In this document: one piece after another, positions 1-11,099 of the stretch | Layout of the letters: each line of letters starts with the position of its first letter | Position numbering within the stretch: the first letter of the stretch is position 1 | NCBI RefSeq assembly: GCF_006345805.1 | Contig: NW_021834837.1 | Coordinates: 1 to 45,284, forward strand | Direction: 5' to 3' | DNA: 45,284 nt | Source of the DNA: Octopus sinensis | Lineage: Eukaryota | Made by a program: the position numbers and the translations under genes | The notes under the pieces: generated by a model | Seen by the model: the letters and a program-made list of their open reading frames with translations, nothing else | Database searches by the model: none | Told to the model about the DNA's origin: nothing

Positions 1-118
1 TGGGGTCGATAAATTAAGCACCAGTTACGCACTAGGGTCGATGTAATCGACTTAATACCTATGTCTGTCCTTGTTTGTCCCCTCTATGTTTAGCACCTTG
101 TGGGTAATAAAGAAATAG
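1..118 (+). mobile_element. SINE-A unit, partial (3' part with linker-type tail)
   Basis: GGGGTCGATAAATTAAG..CCAGTTACGCACT.GGGTCGATGTAATCGACTTAAT...CCTTGTGGGTAATAAAGAAATAG matches the units at 26066-26250 and 43492-43680. Confidence 0.9.
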
Positions 119-254
119 GATGAGATTACATTTGGTGAACAAATACATTATAATTTCGGATGAAAGTAAAAGAATGAATGGACGCGAAATGTGTTTGACC
201 CCCACAAACCACATTCCTGCGTTGAACCGTTTACTTTGTCTTTTTTCCCCGCTT

Positions 255-945
255 AATTAGGCACTTACATACCCAACATTCGGACTACTTTCAACCTTTT
301 TTTGGTACTTTTATCACGTCAGTATTTCTTTTCCAGACGTGCTTTCCCTCTTAGGTGATATAAAAAGAGGTTAGCCAAAGCATGCCCGGAGACGAAGCTG
401 CCTAATGCGATACCACTTCCGTGCATCTTCCATATCACCTATTTCGCTATAGCTAATACGGCTAGAAAGTAGAATATCTCTTCTCCTTTTAGAGAAGACG
501 ACGGAACGATCTTAATAGCCGACTCGGCTGTCAGCGATACTCTCCCCAGCTGTGACAATACTCGTTGTGTAGAAACCCACAGGTCCGAGAGACTCGGACA
601 CTGTACTATTGTACACAGAACAGTTTCGTTGCTCTGCCTGCAACGTGGGCACATAGGCGAACCCGTGACACTGTGCCTCACGAGTTTATCCCTAACTGGC
701 AAGGTACTTCGGAAGCACAGCGAAGCCAGGGACTGCTGAAAATTGTTCATAGATCCCGGGCCGAAAGTCCTTCGATGAAGGTTGGCAAGCTGACATTCAT
801 CGAAACCCAGAGTCTCCCCCAGGCCGTCATCACACTTGCCCTTTACCAGCCCTCTATAGTACACCGAGGTGGTACCCCCTCGTTCGGGAGAGAAGCACGA
901 GCGACTGTGGACACTCTGCTTGCCAAACTCCCAGCCTTTGTCTAC
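255..945 (-). mobile_element. L1/Tx1-clade LINE, 3' end of ORF2 (zf-RVT / C-terminal domain), 5'-truncated
   Basis: Minus frame reads STLPVRDKLVRHSVTGSPMCPRCRQSNETV...QCPSLSDLW...FLAVLAIAK*VIWKM...LFLYHLRGKARLEKK; the CxxC-ET-x-C-W pattern is typical of L1/Tx1 ORF2 C-termini; abuts (TA)n at the 5' break. Confidence 0.85.
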
Positions 946-1030
946 ATGTATGTATAGACATATATATATATATATATTATATAATATATATATATATATA
1001 TGCATGTCTATATTATATTATTACTATACA
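946..1030. repeat. (TA)n microsatellite
   Basis: Direct inspection. Confidence 0.95.
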
Positions 1031-1034
1031 TTTA

Positions 1035-1625
1035 ATAAGTTGCCTCCTGCTAAATACTGCTTGTCATAGCTCACTAGTTTGCAGAATGCAGTCGGGACGT
1101 GAAGACAGTTTGGAAGAGCCTAGAAGGTTGTTATGCAATGAGGTTTTGTGTTAAACCTTTTCGATAGCAAGGACATCATCTACATTCCCTAGGCTCCTTC
1201 TGGCCAGACAGTCAACAAAGTTTATTTTGCGAAGGTTTTTAGGGAGTTGAGAAAGATATTTCGTCACAAAAGCCCAGGTCTCTTACACTCGGATTGTTGG
1301 CACCAGTTTACAATTCCGTCAGGTTAACCAACTGCTTGGCAGCGATAGGTACCAAAACTGTGTGCGCCTTAGCCCCACTACAGCGTAGACATTATACCCT
1401 GTGACTTTTGGTTATTCCTCAAGCTGAAGAAGATAAAAGAGATTATCACAAGTATCCTGGATGCCTTCAGTTTTCAAAACTTCCACGAGGTCTTCACGAA
1501 TTGACTACAGAGTTATTATGAGTGCATTCAAGTCAAATGATTCTACTTTGAAGATTAGAGTTTTGTACTTCTTCGAAGTCTTTCGTCAGAAAGTCACAAA
1601 ACCTTTGGAGTACATCTTTTAACAT
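1035..1625 (+). mobile_element. Internally deleted mariner element (pseudo-transposase)
   Basis: N-terminal CYAMRFCVK joined to FDSKDIIYIP*APSGQTVNKVYF...PHYSVDIIPCDFWLFLKLKK...YYECIQVK*FYFED*, a degenerate YSPDLAPCDFWLFPKLK mariner motif, with stops and frameshifts. Confidence 0.8.
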
Positions 1626-2748
1626 ACGTACATACATATATACATAGATGGAGAAAGAGAGACTAATAGAGAGATAGAGAGAGGGGGATAATGAAAAAGT
1701 GATAGATAGAGAGAGAGAGAGCTTATCGTACTCATTTCATGTATTCATTTCTTCTATACATAGTGAACATAGCTATCTTTAAGGAGCATTAGCTCAGCTG
1801 ATTCTTATTCGTATGGAAAAATCATATGGCCGAGAGTGTTGCGTAAAGGAAGATTACCCTATCGACATTTATACACATGGTGATGAGTAACTACTTCACA
1901 AAATTTGCTTCTCTCATGGCTATGAATTTGTGTCACTGAGGTTAGAGTCATTCAAGTGGCTAAAAGTTACCCACAAGAATCTTCCTTTGATTACTACCGT
2001 TAGATTCTACCTCCGACCTTAAGGAGTGTCGCTGGTCGTTTTGATATTTTTTCCCATCTGTTGTAACAGAACAGGGATTTACTCAACAACTATTACATTT
2101 TAATAAATATAATTTTTATTTTGAACTACAATATAATTCTGTGTTATTTCTTTAAAATAACATAAAAGCAACAGAATCTAAATATCACTGTAATTTTTTT
2201 TTTCTGTTTTTCCAACGTGCATATATAATAAAATCGATAGAATGCCTTGCAGCGTGTAAACAACTTTATTCATGATCTAGGTACAATCTCAGTCATGTTG
2301 GACTTTGCTTTTCGCCCATGTATTGCCGATAGAAATAGTTCCCTTGATATAGTGAGTGAGTACTTTCATTGACTACAGTTCTCCCCTACAAATTTGAGAT
2401 CGCATCAGTAAAATTATTATTAAACTACAATCTTTGAACGTGACAAAGGGAAAAATCAGTAGTTCAAATCTCATCAAAGACGACTTTTTCCTTTTATCCT
2501 ACACGGTTCAAGAAAAATCATTATTAGTGAGCTTGGAGACTTCCAACTCTCTTAAAGTGGTCCAGAAGAAACCCCCACCGATTACGATCCTTAGACACCA
2601 CCTCTGACCTTACGACTATACACCTCTCCAAATTGTTTCGCTTTTTGTACTTGTTATAAACTGGTAATTTATTTAAAGTGATGGTAGAATCAGTAGCGAC
2701 AAGGGCGAACAAAGTATTTTTGTGTATTCCTTTACGTGTCTTTATGTT

Positions 2749-2860
2749 CGCCATTTTAGTTTTAAAAAAAAGAAAAGAACGGAGTACCAATGAGTTACTT
2801 GCGTCAATTAAATCGAATGCGAAATCCCTGCAGCGCACCGCACACAAAGTTTGTAGTTTT
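2749..2860 (-). promoter_or_regulatory. Candidate promoter / first-exon signals (AAAATGGCG start context, CCAAT, TTGCGTCAA)
   Basis: Minus-strand AAAATGGCG at 2757-2749, CCAAT at 2787-2791, CRE/ATF-like TTGCGTCAA at 2799-2807, local CpG enrichment; short motifs only, could be chance. Confidence 0.2.
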
Positions 2861-3177
2861 GTACCAAAGTTAGAAATTATCAGTTTGTGTAATTGATGCA
2901 CAAATAAACATATTTCATTTTGATCCACAACGTTTGCAGCAAATATTTCTCCGGCATATTAAATTATTTGATGTCGTAAAGATAAATCATAATCACACTT
3001 TTATCGAATATTGACTTTTTTTAATACATCTCACCGTGTGGAATTGATAGGGATGTAAAAATAAAGTTCTTTGACTCACATTAGTTTCTTTAGGGGATTA
3101 GTCATAAAGATTCACTTGTTATGCACGGAAATGTAATAATCTATATTGAAGACACTGCTGCAGTGAATGATCTAATC

Positions 3178-3420
3178 CAGTGTTTTCAACTTTTCTTTAC
3201 CTATGGACCCCTTTGACTCTTATTTTACTCGGATGGGCCCTCACAACCATTCGGTATTTTAAAAAATTCTATTATATTTTCATAATCAAATATTATTAGG
3301 AATTATATCTTGAAAAATCTGTTGAAGTATTTTTCGTGTAATATAGAAGTAAAACCTGTTTATTGAATAAAAGTATTTTAACAAAAAAATCTTATTTGGG
3401 CCCCATCCTCCCAGCTTTCC
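3178..3420 (+). mobile_element. hAT-type non-autonomous element, left terminus only
   Basis: Begins CAGTGTTTTCAACTTTTCTTTACCTATGGACCCC, resembling hAT/Charlie termini (CAGTGNTTYYCAAC); matching right terminus not found. Confidence 0.45.
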
Positions 3421-3986
3421 CTCGCCAATAAAGTAATTGGGATAAAGTTTCTCTCCAAAATATTCTAATCCGTGCCAACAATTAGGCTGTTTCTTCGCTG
3501 TAAGTTTTCTTATAGCACTGCAGTCAACTCTAAACCTTTGAGATGGTTTGGGTTACCACATGCCATCTATACGAAGGCTCTTTCGAATCACTCGTATCCC
3601 CTTTCGCTGTCACGTTTGTGGCGCAAAACCCACCGTCAGGTCCTTCACCTACTATTCTTTCTCTCAGCCTTCTGCAATTCTTACTCTGCTCATGTTCCTC
3701 CTACAGCCAACTTTGCATGCCCTCCAAGACCTAGAAGATTGATACCATTAATATTTCGATTATTTGTAAGTCAACACCTGCAGAAAGATATGAGCAGAGA
3801 GGGAATATCAAAATGCTGATATTCTTGGAATGAAAGACTGTGAGTAATGGCTAGGACAGAGCTGGCAGGGTTAGACACAACGATGATGAAGGAAGGAAGA
3901 GGGCCGAGTAGGATGGAAGTGTCTGAGAAGTCACTTTCGAAGCAGCAAAGCCATTATAAAAACTGACACTCTGTTGCTGACGACGA

Positions 3987-4549
3987 GGAAGCAAACAAGG
4001 ACAGACAAAGTGATTAAGTCGATTACATCGACCCCAGTGAGTAACTGGTACTTAACTGATACTCGAAAGGATGAAAGGCAAAGTCGAATTCGGCGGAATT
4101 TGAACTCAGAACATAACGGCAGGCGAAATACCTATTTCGTTATTACCCACAAGGGGATAAACACAGAGAGGACAAACAAGGAAAGACAAACGGATTAAGT
4201 CAATTATATCGACCCCATTGCGTAACAGGTACTTAATTTATCGACCCCGAAAGGATGAAAGCGAAGTCGACCTCGGCGGAATTTGAACTCAGAACATAAC
4301 GACAGGCGAAATACCTATTTCTTTATTACCCACAAGGGGATAAACACAGAGAGGATAAACAAGGAAAGACAAATGGATTAAGTCGATTATATCGACCCCA
4401 TTGCGTAACAGGTACTTAATTTATCGACCCCGAAAGGATGAAAGGCGAAGTCGACCTCGGCGGAATTTGAACTCAGAACGTAACGGCAGACGAAATACCG
4501 CTAAGCATTTCGCCCGGCGTGCTAACGTTTCTGCCAGCTTGCCTCTTTA
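3987..4549 (-). mobile_element. SINE-A concatemer: tRNA-like head plus two further tandem ~183-nt units
   Basis: Head with A-box and B-box-like GTTCAAATTCC at the right end; unit junctions at 4131/4132 and 4314/4315. Confidence 0.92.
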
Positions 4550-4649
4550 GGTGTTAATATTACCTATGAAGGAGCCTCTACGTGGTAGTTTATTTTTCTC
4601 AAAATAAGAGCTAAGTCTCCTTGAAGCCATACCTTGCGTTTTTAAGAAT

Positions 4650-4690
4650 GGATATATATATGTGTGTGTATGCGTGTATGTGTGTGCGTG

Positions 4691-4722
<32 letters not shown>

Positions 4723-4736
4723 TATAATATATATAG

Positions 4737-4778
<42 letters not shown>

Positions 4779-4785
4779 ATATAAT
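4650..4785. repeat. Compound (TA)n/(TG)n microsatellite
   Basis: Direct inspection. Confidence 0.95.
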
Positions 4786-5869
4786 AGAATACAATAGAAT
4801 ACTACTTGTAAAACTACTTGAAATAAAGACGGAATGGTCATGAATGGGAGGCTGTTGATCATAGATCTGCTTGATTACACGTAACCTCAGAATTAATGGT
4901 AGAAAATCCGATGTGAGTAATACATCATTGTAATCTTCATCACTTTCACCTCCTCGCAATAAAATCAGCGCGCATCTACGCGGACGAGCGCAATGCTAGA
5001 TATAGCAGCAAATTCTCTCAGACCACACACTACATACTTAGGAAAGGAGGAGAACGGACTATGACAGATTATTTGTTAGAGGTCTGAACTCAGGCTATGT
5101 GCCAACGACAATAGAACGCATATGAGGCAGCCTGAACATATGAGACAGCCCGTAAGTGGTCACTCCTCATGCTGGAACTCTCCCTTAAAACCAAGTTCTG
5201 TTATCTTAAAATGGAGGTAACATTAAATGGAGGTAGCCTTAGACAGAGCGTGCACACACACGGGCACAAACACTCACACACACGAATACGCTCGCTCGTA
5301 AAATTCGCAGTCTGGTTGGTAATAAGCTGGAATGTGTTGTTTGATCATATGTCTGCTCATTCAAATTTTGCCTGAAACTAAACAACAACAACAACAACAT
5401 CTGAAGGATACAAGGGCTTGTAAATAAACATCTATCATGAGAGAGACAACAAAAGAAAGACAGAAATGGAAATATAAATAGAAAATAAGTTAAGTTTTAG
5501 AGGAAAAAAAAAATCCGAATTACTACGAAAATAGCGATATTGTTCAAGGCTGCTTTATTTACCAACGGGTTTGACAACCTGCTGATAGTCACGTTAAAGA
5601 GTAAGGACAAATTATAAGTAATCATATGAGATAAAGGGCCAACACGGATCGAAGGGGAAAGAAAAAAATAAGCCCAAAAAAACTTTCATAATAATAATAG
5701 TAATAGTAATAATAATAATAATAATGGTAATAATAATAATAATGGAGAGGAAAGACTAAGAGGGAAAGAATTAAGAAAAATGTGCAAAAATGAAAGAAAA
5801 TACATCAAGAACGAAGTGAAGAGAGTGCGTATGGTTGTAAGTCTTGCCTATATTCTGCTTTACTCTATA

Positions 5870-6199
5870 TGTGTGATGTTTGTGTATGTGTGTGTGTGTG
5901 TGTGTGCGTTTGTGCGTGTGTATGTGTTTTTGTGCGCGTCTGTGTGTCTGTGTGTGTACGTGTGCACACGTGTGTGTGTATGTGTATGTATGTGTGTATG
6001 TGTGTGTATATATATATATATACAGAGAGAGAGAAGAGAGAGAGAGTGAGAGAGAGAGGGAGAGAAGGATGTATGCTTGTGAGGTTGTTTTGGACTGTCT
6101 GGATGTGTGAGTACCACTATATGTAAACTTGTATATGTATGTATGTATGTATGTATGCGTGCATGTGTTTGTGTGTGTTTGTCTGCATATATATGTACG

Positions 6200-6241
<42 letters not shown>

Positions 6242-6700
6242 GTATGTATGTACGTATATATGTATGCATGTATGTATGTATGTATGTATGTATGTATGTA
6301 TGTATGGCATGCATGCATGCATGTATGTATGTATGTATGTATGTATGTATGTATGTATGTATGTATGTATATGTATGCGACACCGTATGTATGGGTATGG
6401 TTAGGTGTATATGGGCATGGCAGTGATGTTAGATGTTACACAGAAATAAATATGTTGAAGTTTTCGTGTTTAATTTTACACTGGCGAACATTGCGTGAAT
6501 GCCTGAGAGAGACTTTTTACTTAAATATACTTCGATTGTATAGTGAGACACAGGCATATATTTATATATCTTTAAATATATAAATACACGTTCACATGGC
6601 GACATAGAGTCACATAGACACATACCTACACACCAAGATACACATACACATACACACGCACACACACGCACACACACACACACACATACATATAATTAAT

Positions 6701-6731
<31 letters not shown>

Positions 6732-6895
6732 CAAACCTATATATACTATATGTGTGTGTAGTAATATCTATATCTATATATCTTTATATATACTTCATAT
6801 ATATGCGTATATGCATAGCATATATCAGCATACACTAACATATACATATATCGATATAGATACATACAAGTATAGAAATAGATGTACACACACAC

Positions 6896-6930
<35 letters not shown>

Positions 6931-7010
6931 TATGCATACATACATATACAGAGACATATACACATACTCATATATAAGAATATACGCACATACACTCACA
7001 CACGTTCTAT
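5870..7010. repeat. Compound microsatellite tracts (TG, GA, TATG, TA, CA) with a short unique interruption near 6430-6600
   Basis: Direct inspection; explains the YI/CV/HT-rich ORFs. Confidence 0.95.
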
Positions 7011-7409
7011 ATAACAAATTGTCGATGGAATGATGAATAAAATCAATATGTATATAAAAATATATATCTTTCTCTAGACAGAACTCCTAGACAGACATGT
7101 ATATCTGCATATGCTACATTCGCCAGCCAGAATAAAGATATATGAAACATACTCATTCATACAACCACGTAATCAAGATAAACACCGAAAAATAATCTGC
7201 GCATATCAGCTTTTTGTGTGTGCATATCTGACTCTATGCTGCTCTATAAATTTCGGCTATCCATCCGTCCATCGTCTTTGCACACTATTCTTGAATGAGA
7301 GTAGAGTCTTCAGGCATCTTTTCTTTAGGGTCCTATCAGAGGCAACCACCATTAGACTTTCAGGCCTGTCGAACTGAGTCAATATAGTTTTAAGTTTTTC
7401 TCCTCAAGT

Positions 7410-7644
7410 CATACCGACAGATAAGGGCCGGTTTCCCGGTTTACACGGCATATATACTCCCCCACTCGAATGGGACGCCGATCTGTCGCAGGATTACTCA
7501 TTGTTTGCCAGCTGAGCGGACTGGAGCAACATGAAAGGAAGTGGTATGATCAAGAACACAACGCGTCGTCCAGTCCAGGAATCGAAACCACAATCTTACG
7601 ATCATGAGTCCAACACGCTAACCACTAATTTATTCGCCTCCACT
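7410..7644 (-). mobile_element. SINE-C variant: tRNA-derived head + CORE-like segment + alternative tail
   Basis: Minus strand AGTGGTTAGCGTGTTGGACTCATGATCGTAAG..GGTTTCGATTCC..GTGTTCTTG..GTTGCTCCAGTCCGCTCAGCTG..AATGAGT aligns by eye with 43146-43010; tail differs. Confidence 0.75.
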
Positions 7645-7925
7645 ATCTGGGTCAATGGATATTATCCAGTCATCTCGCTATTGGTCTACTTGTAGGTCTC
7701 CTACCGGTTGGCTTGGTTTGAAGAGTCTCTCTTGCGATTCTTTCTTGTGGAATTCTAATTATATGCCCGCAGTACCCGAGCTATGACTTCTCAATGTAGA
7801 GAAATAGCCGTTCGACCTGGAGAGACACCCTAGTCTCCAAACTACGCATCCAAATAAGTAACATCAGTCCAGAGATCCTTCAGAGAATCTCCATTTTAGC
7901 GGCTTGCATATGCAACCGTACACTT
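7645..7925 (-). mobile_element. RTE-clade LINE, C-terminal ORF fragment
   Basis: MQAAKMEIL*RISG...LQVERLFLYIEKS*LGYCGHIIRIPQERIARETLQTKPTGRRPTSRPIAR*LDNI matches the RTE QAAEM..LR(W/Y)FGH..RM...G.RP.GRP..RW motif. Confidence 0.8.
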
Positions 7926-8204
7926 ACACTCATTGCCCAACAACCATAACCACAGGTGAGGGCAAACACAAAAATTGAACTGAATATAGCGGATTTGCAT
8001 TCTATAGCAATCTTGGATTTAATATTAGAAATACCAGATATGAAAGAAGCAGAAATATATGTTCTTCATATGTAGTACCTTGGACGTATTTTTGTGAAAA
8101 TTTGGAATTGTAGAGCACTATTTTGTAATATATTCACATCCCCAAATGATAATAAGTGAGATTCGCGACAATTTGACTCAGTTTATGTATGTTGTTTTAC
8201 CAAC

Positions 8205-8383
8205 TTCTCTCTAGATCGTTATCCACTACACATTCTTTGTTTTCTCTCCTTGTTTCTTTCTGTGGAAGAGCGTAGGCTCGAAACGTTAAAGACTTTTTCA
8301 CTTGCCGAGCGTTATACTAATACATCTGTTCGTTGTCTACACCACCTGTCTTCGTCTTGTGTTTTTTTTGTGAATTCTTCCTA

Positions 8384-8385
<2 letters not shown>
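8205..8385 (+). mobile_element. Penelope-like element 3' tail / pseudo-LTR fragment
   Basis: Pyrimidine-rich tail containing GAAGAGCGTAGGCTCGAAACGTT hammerhead-like motif and ending in (TA/TACA)n. Confidence 0.6.
8255..8292 (+). ncRNA. Degenerate minimal type I hammerhead ribozyme motif
   Basis: TCTTT-CTGTGGA-A-GAGC gtag GCTC-GAAAC-GTT-AAAGA: stem I TCTTT/AAAGA, stem II GAGC/GCTC; core deviates from CUGANGA. Confidence 0.5.
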
Positions 8386-8415
<30 letters not shown>

Positions 8416-8449
8416 CATAAGCACACACACATGCACACACACATATCTA

Positions 8450-8486
<37 letters not shown>

Positions 8487-8489
<3 letters not shown>

Positions 8490-8745
8490 GAGTGCAATGG
8501 CCTAGTGGTTAGGGCAGCGGACTCGCGGTCGCAGGATCGCGGTTTCGATTCCCAGACCGGGCGTTGTGAGTGTTTATTGAGCGAAAACACCTAAAAGCTT
8601 CACGACGCTCCGGTAGGGGGTTGTGATCCCTGCTGTACTCTTTCACCACTCTTTCTCCCACTCTTTCGTCTGTTGGCCTGCTCGCTAAAACGCATTGTGA
8701 CCAGCGATATGTAACAACATCTGATGGTCTGGTCGGTCACGTGAT

Positions 8746-8753
<8 letters not shown>
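8487..8753 (+). mobile_element. SINE-D (tRNA-derived), tail type 1
   Basis: TGGCCTAGTGGTTAGGGCAGCGGACTCGCGGTCGCAGGATCGCGGTTTCGATTCC head, same as the minus-strand copy at 34578-34963. Confidence 0.85.
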
Positions 8754-8801
<48 letters not shown>

Positions 8802-9802
8802 TGGTGACAAATGAAAGAATGTAGCACACACAACATATTTGTTAGGAGTTACCGAACAACAACATGGTCCACAGAGATATCAATAAGTAATAAGAACTGA
8901 AGCTACAACTGTAATCGCTGATAAAAATATGCTCTCAAGAATATTTCGAGACGACAGCTTACTCGTAATGCATTTCGCCCGAGCAATGAATCTTTTGACA
9001 GCCCTGTTAAAGAAATGCAACAATTAATGACAGAATCTTCAGAAGAGAGGCAATTAATGTCACCCCTTTTAGTTAATGATCTTAACTCCTATATTCGAGT
9101 AATATTCTCGACGCCAATATACAATTAGAACTGTTCGCTACCTTCTCGTGGGACATAAACGGAACTTCGGCCAGAGCAAATGTTCATATTTCGTAGTTAA
9201 ACGAAGAAAGATTGTTGACCAGGCAAGGAACATGGATTGCAATATTCTTTCCACCTCCTGCATTACAGTCGGTGAATAGTACAAAAACATCAGAATCAGT
9301 TAGATTATTTCATGTTGAAGCTGTGAGTAAGACTAGAGTGAGAAAAGCATATATACCAGCATATTTCAGAAGGTATCAAAATCAGAGGAATCTGCATTCA
9401 GTATAACAATTCTTCGACAAAGCTTTCGCTTGTACCAACTGTTAGAATACTAAACTGGACACTGGCAAAACTCCGTATCATTGACATTAGGACTAGGCTG
9501 ATACTAACAACCATTTCTAACTGTCACATCAAGACCGACACTAACAGGATCAGTGTTAAACTGATGGCAGCAATGGCATACGATCAGACTGGGCAAACTT
9601 TGAATGTTGCATCACTTATACAACCTTCACTGAACAGTAAAGTGAGAAACGAGTGCATTATATATATATACTCAACAGCAAACGTTATAGCATAATGAGA
9701 TCAGACAAAGAACCCCTGAGTAGCTACCATGTAAACCGAGGGTAGCTCGACTGACCTGTTAAACAAAATTGTTAACGGAATGATGAATAACTTTCAATAT
9801 AA

Positions 9803-9963
9803 GCGCAGGAGTGGGCGTGTGGTAAGTAGCTTGCTTACGAACCACATGGTTCCGGATTCAGTCCCACTGCGTGGCGCCTTGTGCAAGTGTCTTCTACTAT
9901 AGCCTCGGGCCGACCAAAGCCTTATGAATGGATTTGGTAGACGGAAGCTGAAAGAAGCCCGTC

Positions 9964-10049
<86 letters not shown>

Positions 10050-10265
10050 ATATGATTGTGTGTCTGTGTTTCTCCCCCCAACATCGCTTGATAACCGATG
10101 CTGGTGTGTTTACGTTCCCGTAACTTAGCGGTTCGGCAAAAGAGGCCGATAGAATAAGTACTAGGCTTACAAAGAATAAGTCTTAGGGTCGACTTGTTCG
10201 ACTAAAGGCAGTGCTCCAGCATGGCCACAGTGAAATTACTAAAACAAGTAAAAGAGAGTAAAGAA
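9803..10265 (+). mobile_element. SINE-B, full length, with internal (TA)n/(TG)n
   Basis: GTGG..GTGTGGTAAGTAGCTTGCTT..AACCACATGGTTCCGG.TTCAGTCCCACTGCG head; tail CTAAAGGC.GTGCTCCAGCATGGCC..TGAAACAAGTAAAAGAG; multiple copies in window. Confidence 0.92.
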
Positions 10266-10289
10266 CAATAATACACAGAATACCAACAG

Positions 10290-10575
10290 TAGTTATGCAT
10301 GGATATGTATCCCGTAATTAGAGAAAATGAGGAAATCTATGACGAATTAATGAGAAACCTATAGCTTCTACATCAAGGCTATAGATTTTTATTTGCACCT
10401 AGCATCATAAGCATACTGAACTACGGAACAGCAGATATGCACAAAGACCTACAAATGCTGATGTTCTCCGAAAACAAACAGAAGAAACTGATCGCATTTT
10501 CGAAACAAAATTGATTAGAGATACAATAAAAAGTTGCAAAACGTTCCAGGAATTGTGTATTTGAAGTTCCTAAAT
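10290..10575 (+). mobile_element. Degenerate C-terminus of a restriction-like-endonuclease (REL) LINE
   Basis: ENEEIYDELMRNL*LLHQGYRFLFAPSIISILNYGTADMHKDLQMLMFSENKQKKLI resembles the K..Y..L...L...Y..PIIIGALG tail of REL LINEs; stops present. Confidence 0.5.
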
Positions 10576-10621
10576 GAAACATATGCACACACACACACAC
10601 ACACAACACACACACACACAC

Positions 10622-10868
10622 ATTGGGTTGGTGCATAATTATTGCGGTTTTTATTCAACAAATTTTATTCAACAAAACAATAACAATATTTAACAAAAAT
10701 ATCTTTAAATGACGGTTTGATCGTCTGCCAAGCAAATGGGAAGCAATAATTGAAGTAGATGGTGAATATGCTTCGGAATAATCATTTAAAGATGTTTTTG
10801 TTATATGTTATTGTTTTTGTGGAATAAAATTTCTTGAAAAAAGCCGCAATAACTATGCACCATCCCTA
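10622..10868. mobile_element. Mariner-derived MITE with ~90-bp terminal inverted repeats
   Basis: TTGGGTTGGTGCATAATTATTGCGGTTTTT... pairs with ...AAAAAGCCGCAATAACTATGCACCATCCCTA; core encodes FDRLPSKWEAIIEVDGEYASE*, a mariner C-terminus. Confidence 0.85.
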
Positions 10869-11099
10869 TATATATGTATACGCCTGCATAAATGGAACAT
10901 ACACATGAACACATATGTATGCACACACGAATAGTTTCAGATAACTGGAATTCCAAAGAGCTAACATAACTTAAACAAAGGAGCCAAGCTACTTTGTTAG
11001 AGACAATCTTACATTCTACAAATGAAAATAAATGAATGAATAAATAAATAAACACATACGTATGTACAATCGAAAATGTCAGCTAACCTGTGAATATGA

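Noticed and set aside
2060-2928. hAT/SPIN-like transposase pseudogene
   Set aside because: Only faint resemblance; no convincing catalytic or CxxH/RW motifs; kept only as an unassigned ORF
4132-4314. Hammerhead or other self-cleaving ribozyme in the SINE-A unit
   Set aside because: No CUGANGA...GAAA core on either strand; only short hairpins; other ribozyme classes cannot be excluded without covariance search
4642-4959. Acidic exon-like peptide GGESDEDYNDVLLTSDFLPLILR
   Set aside because: Acceptor would be a non-consensus GAG and the rest of the ORF is repeat and microsatellite; no further support
5771-6426. Many long ORFs rich in YI/CV/HT (also near 12.3-12.9 kb, 21.7-22.7 kb and 32.1-32.8 kb)
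   Set aside because: Translations of stop-free di- and tetranucleotide microsatellites; open in most frames on both strands
9100-9650. LINE endonuclease-RT linker remnant (SDWANF)
   Set aside because: One short motif, no continuous alignable frame
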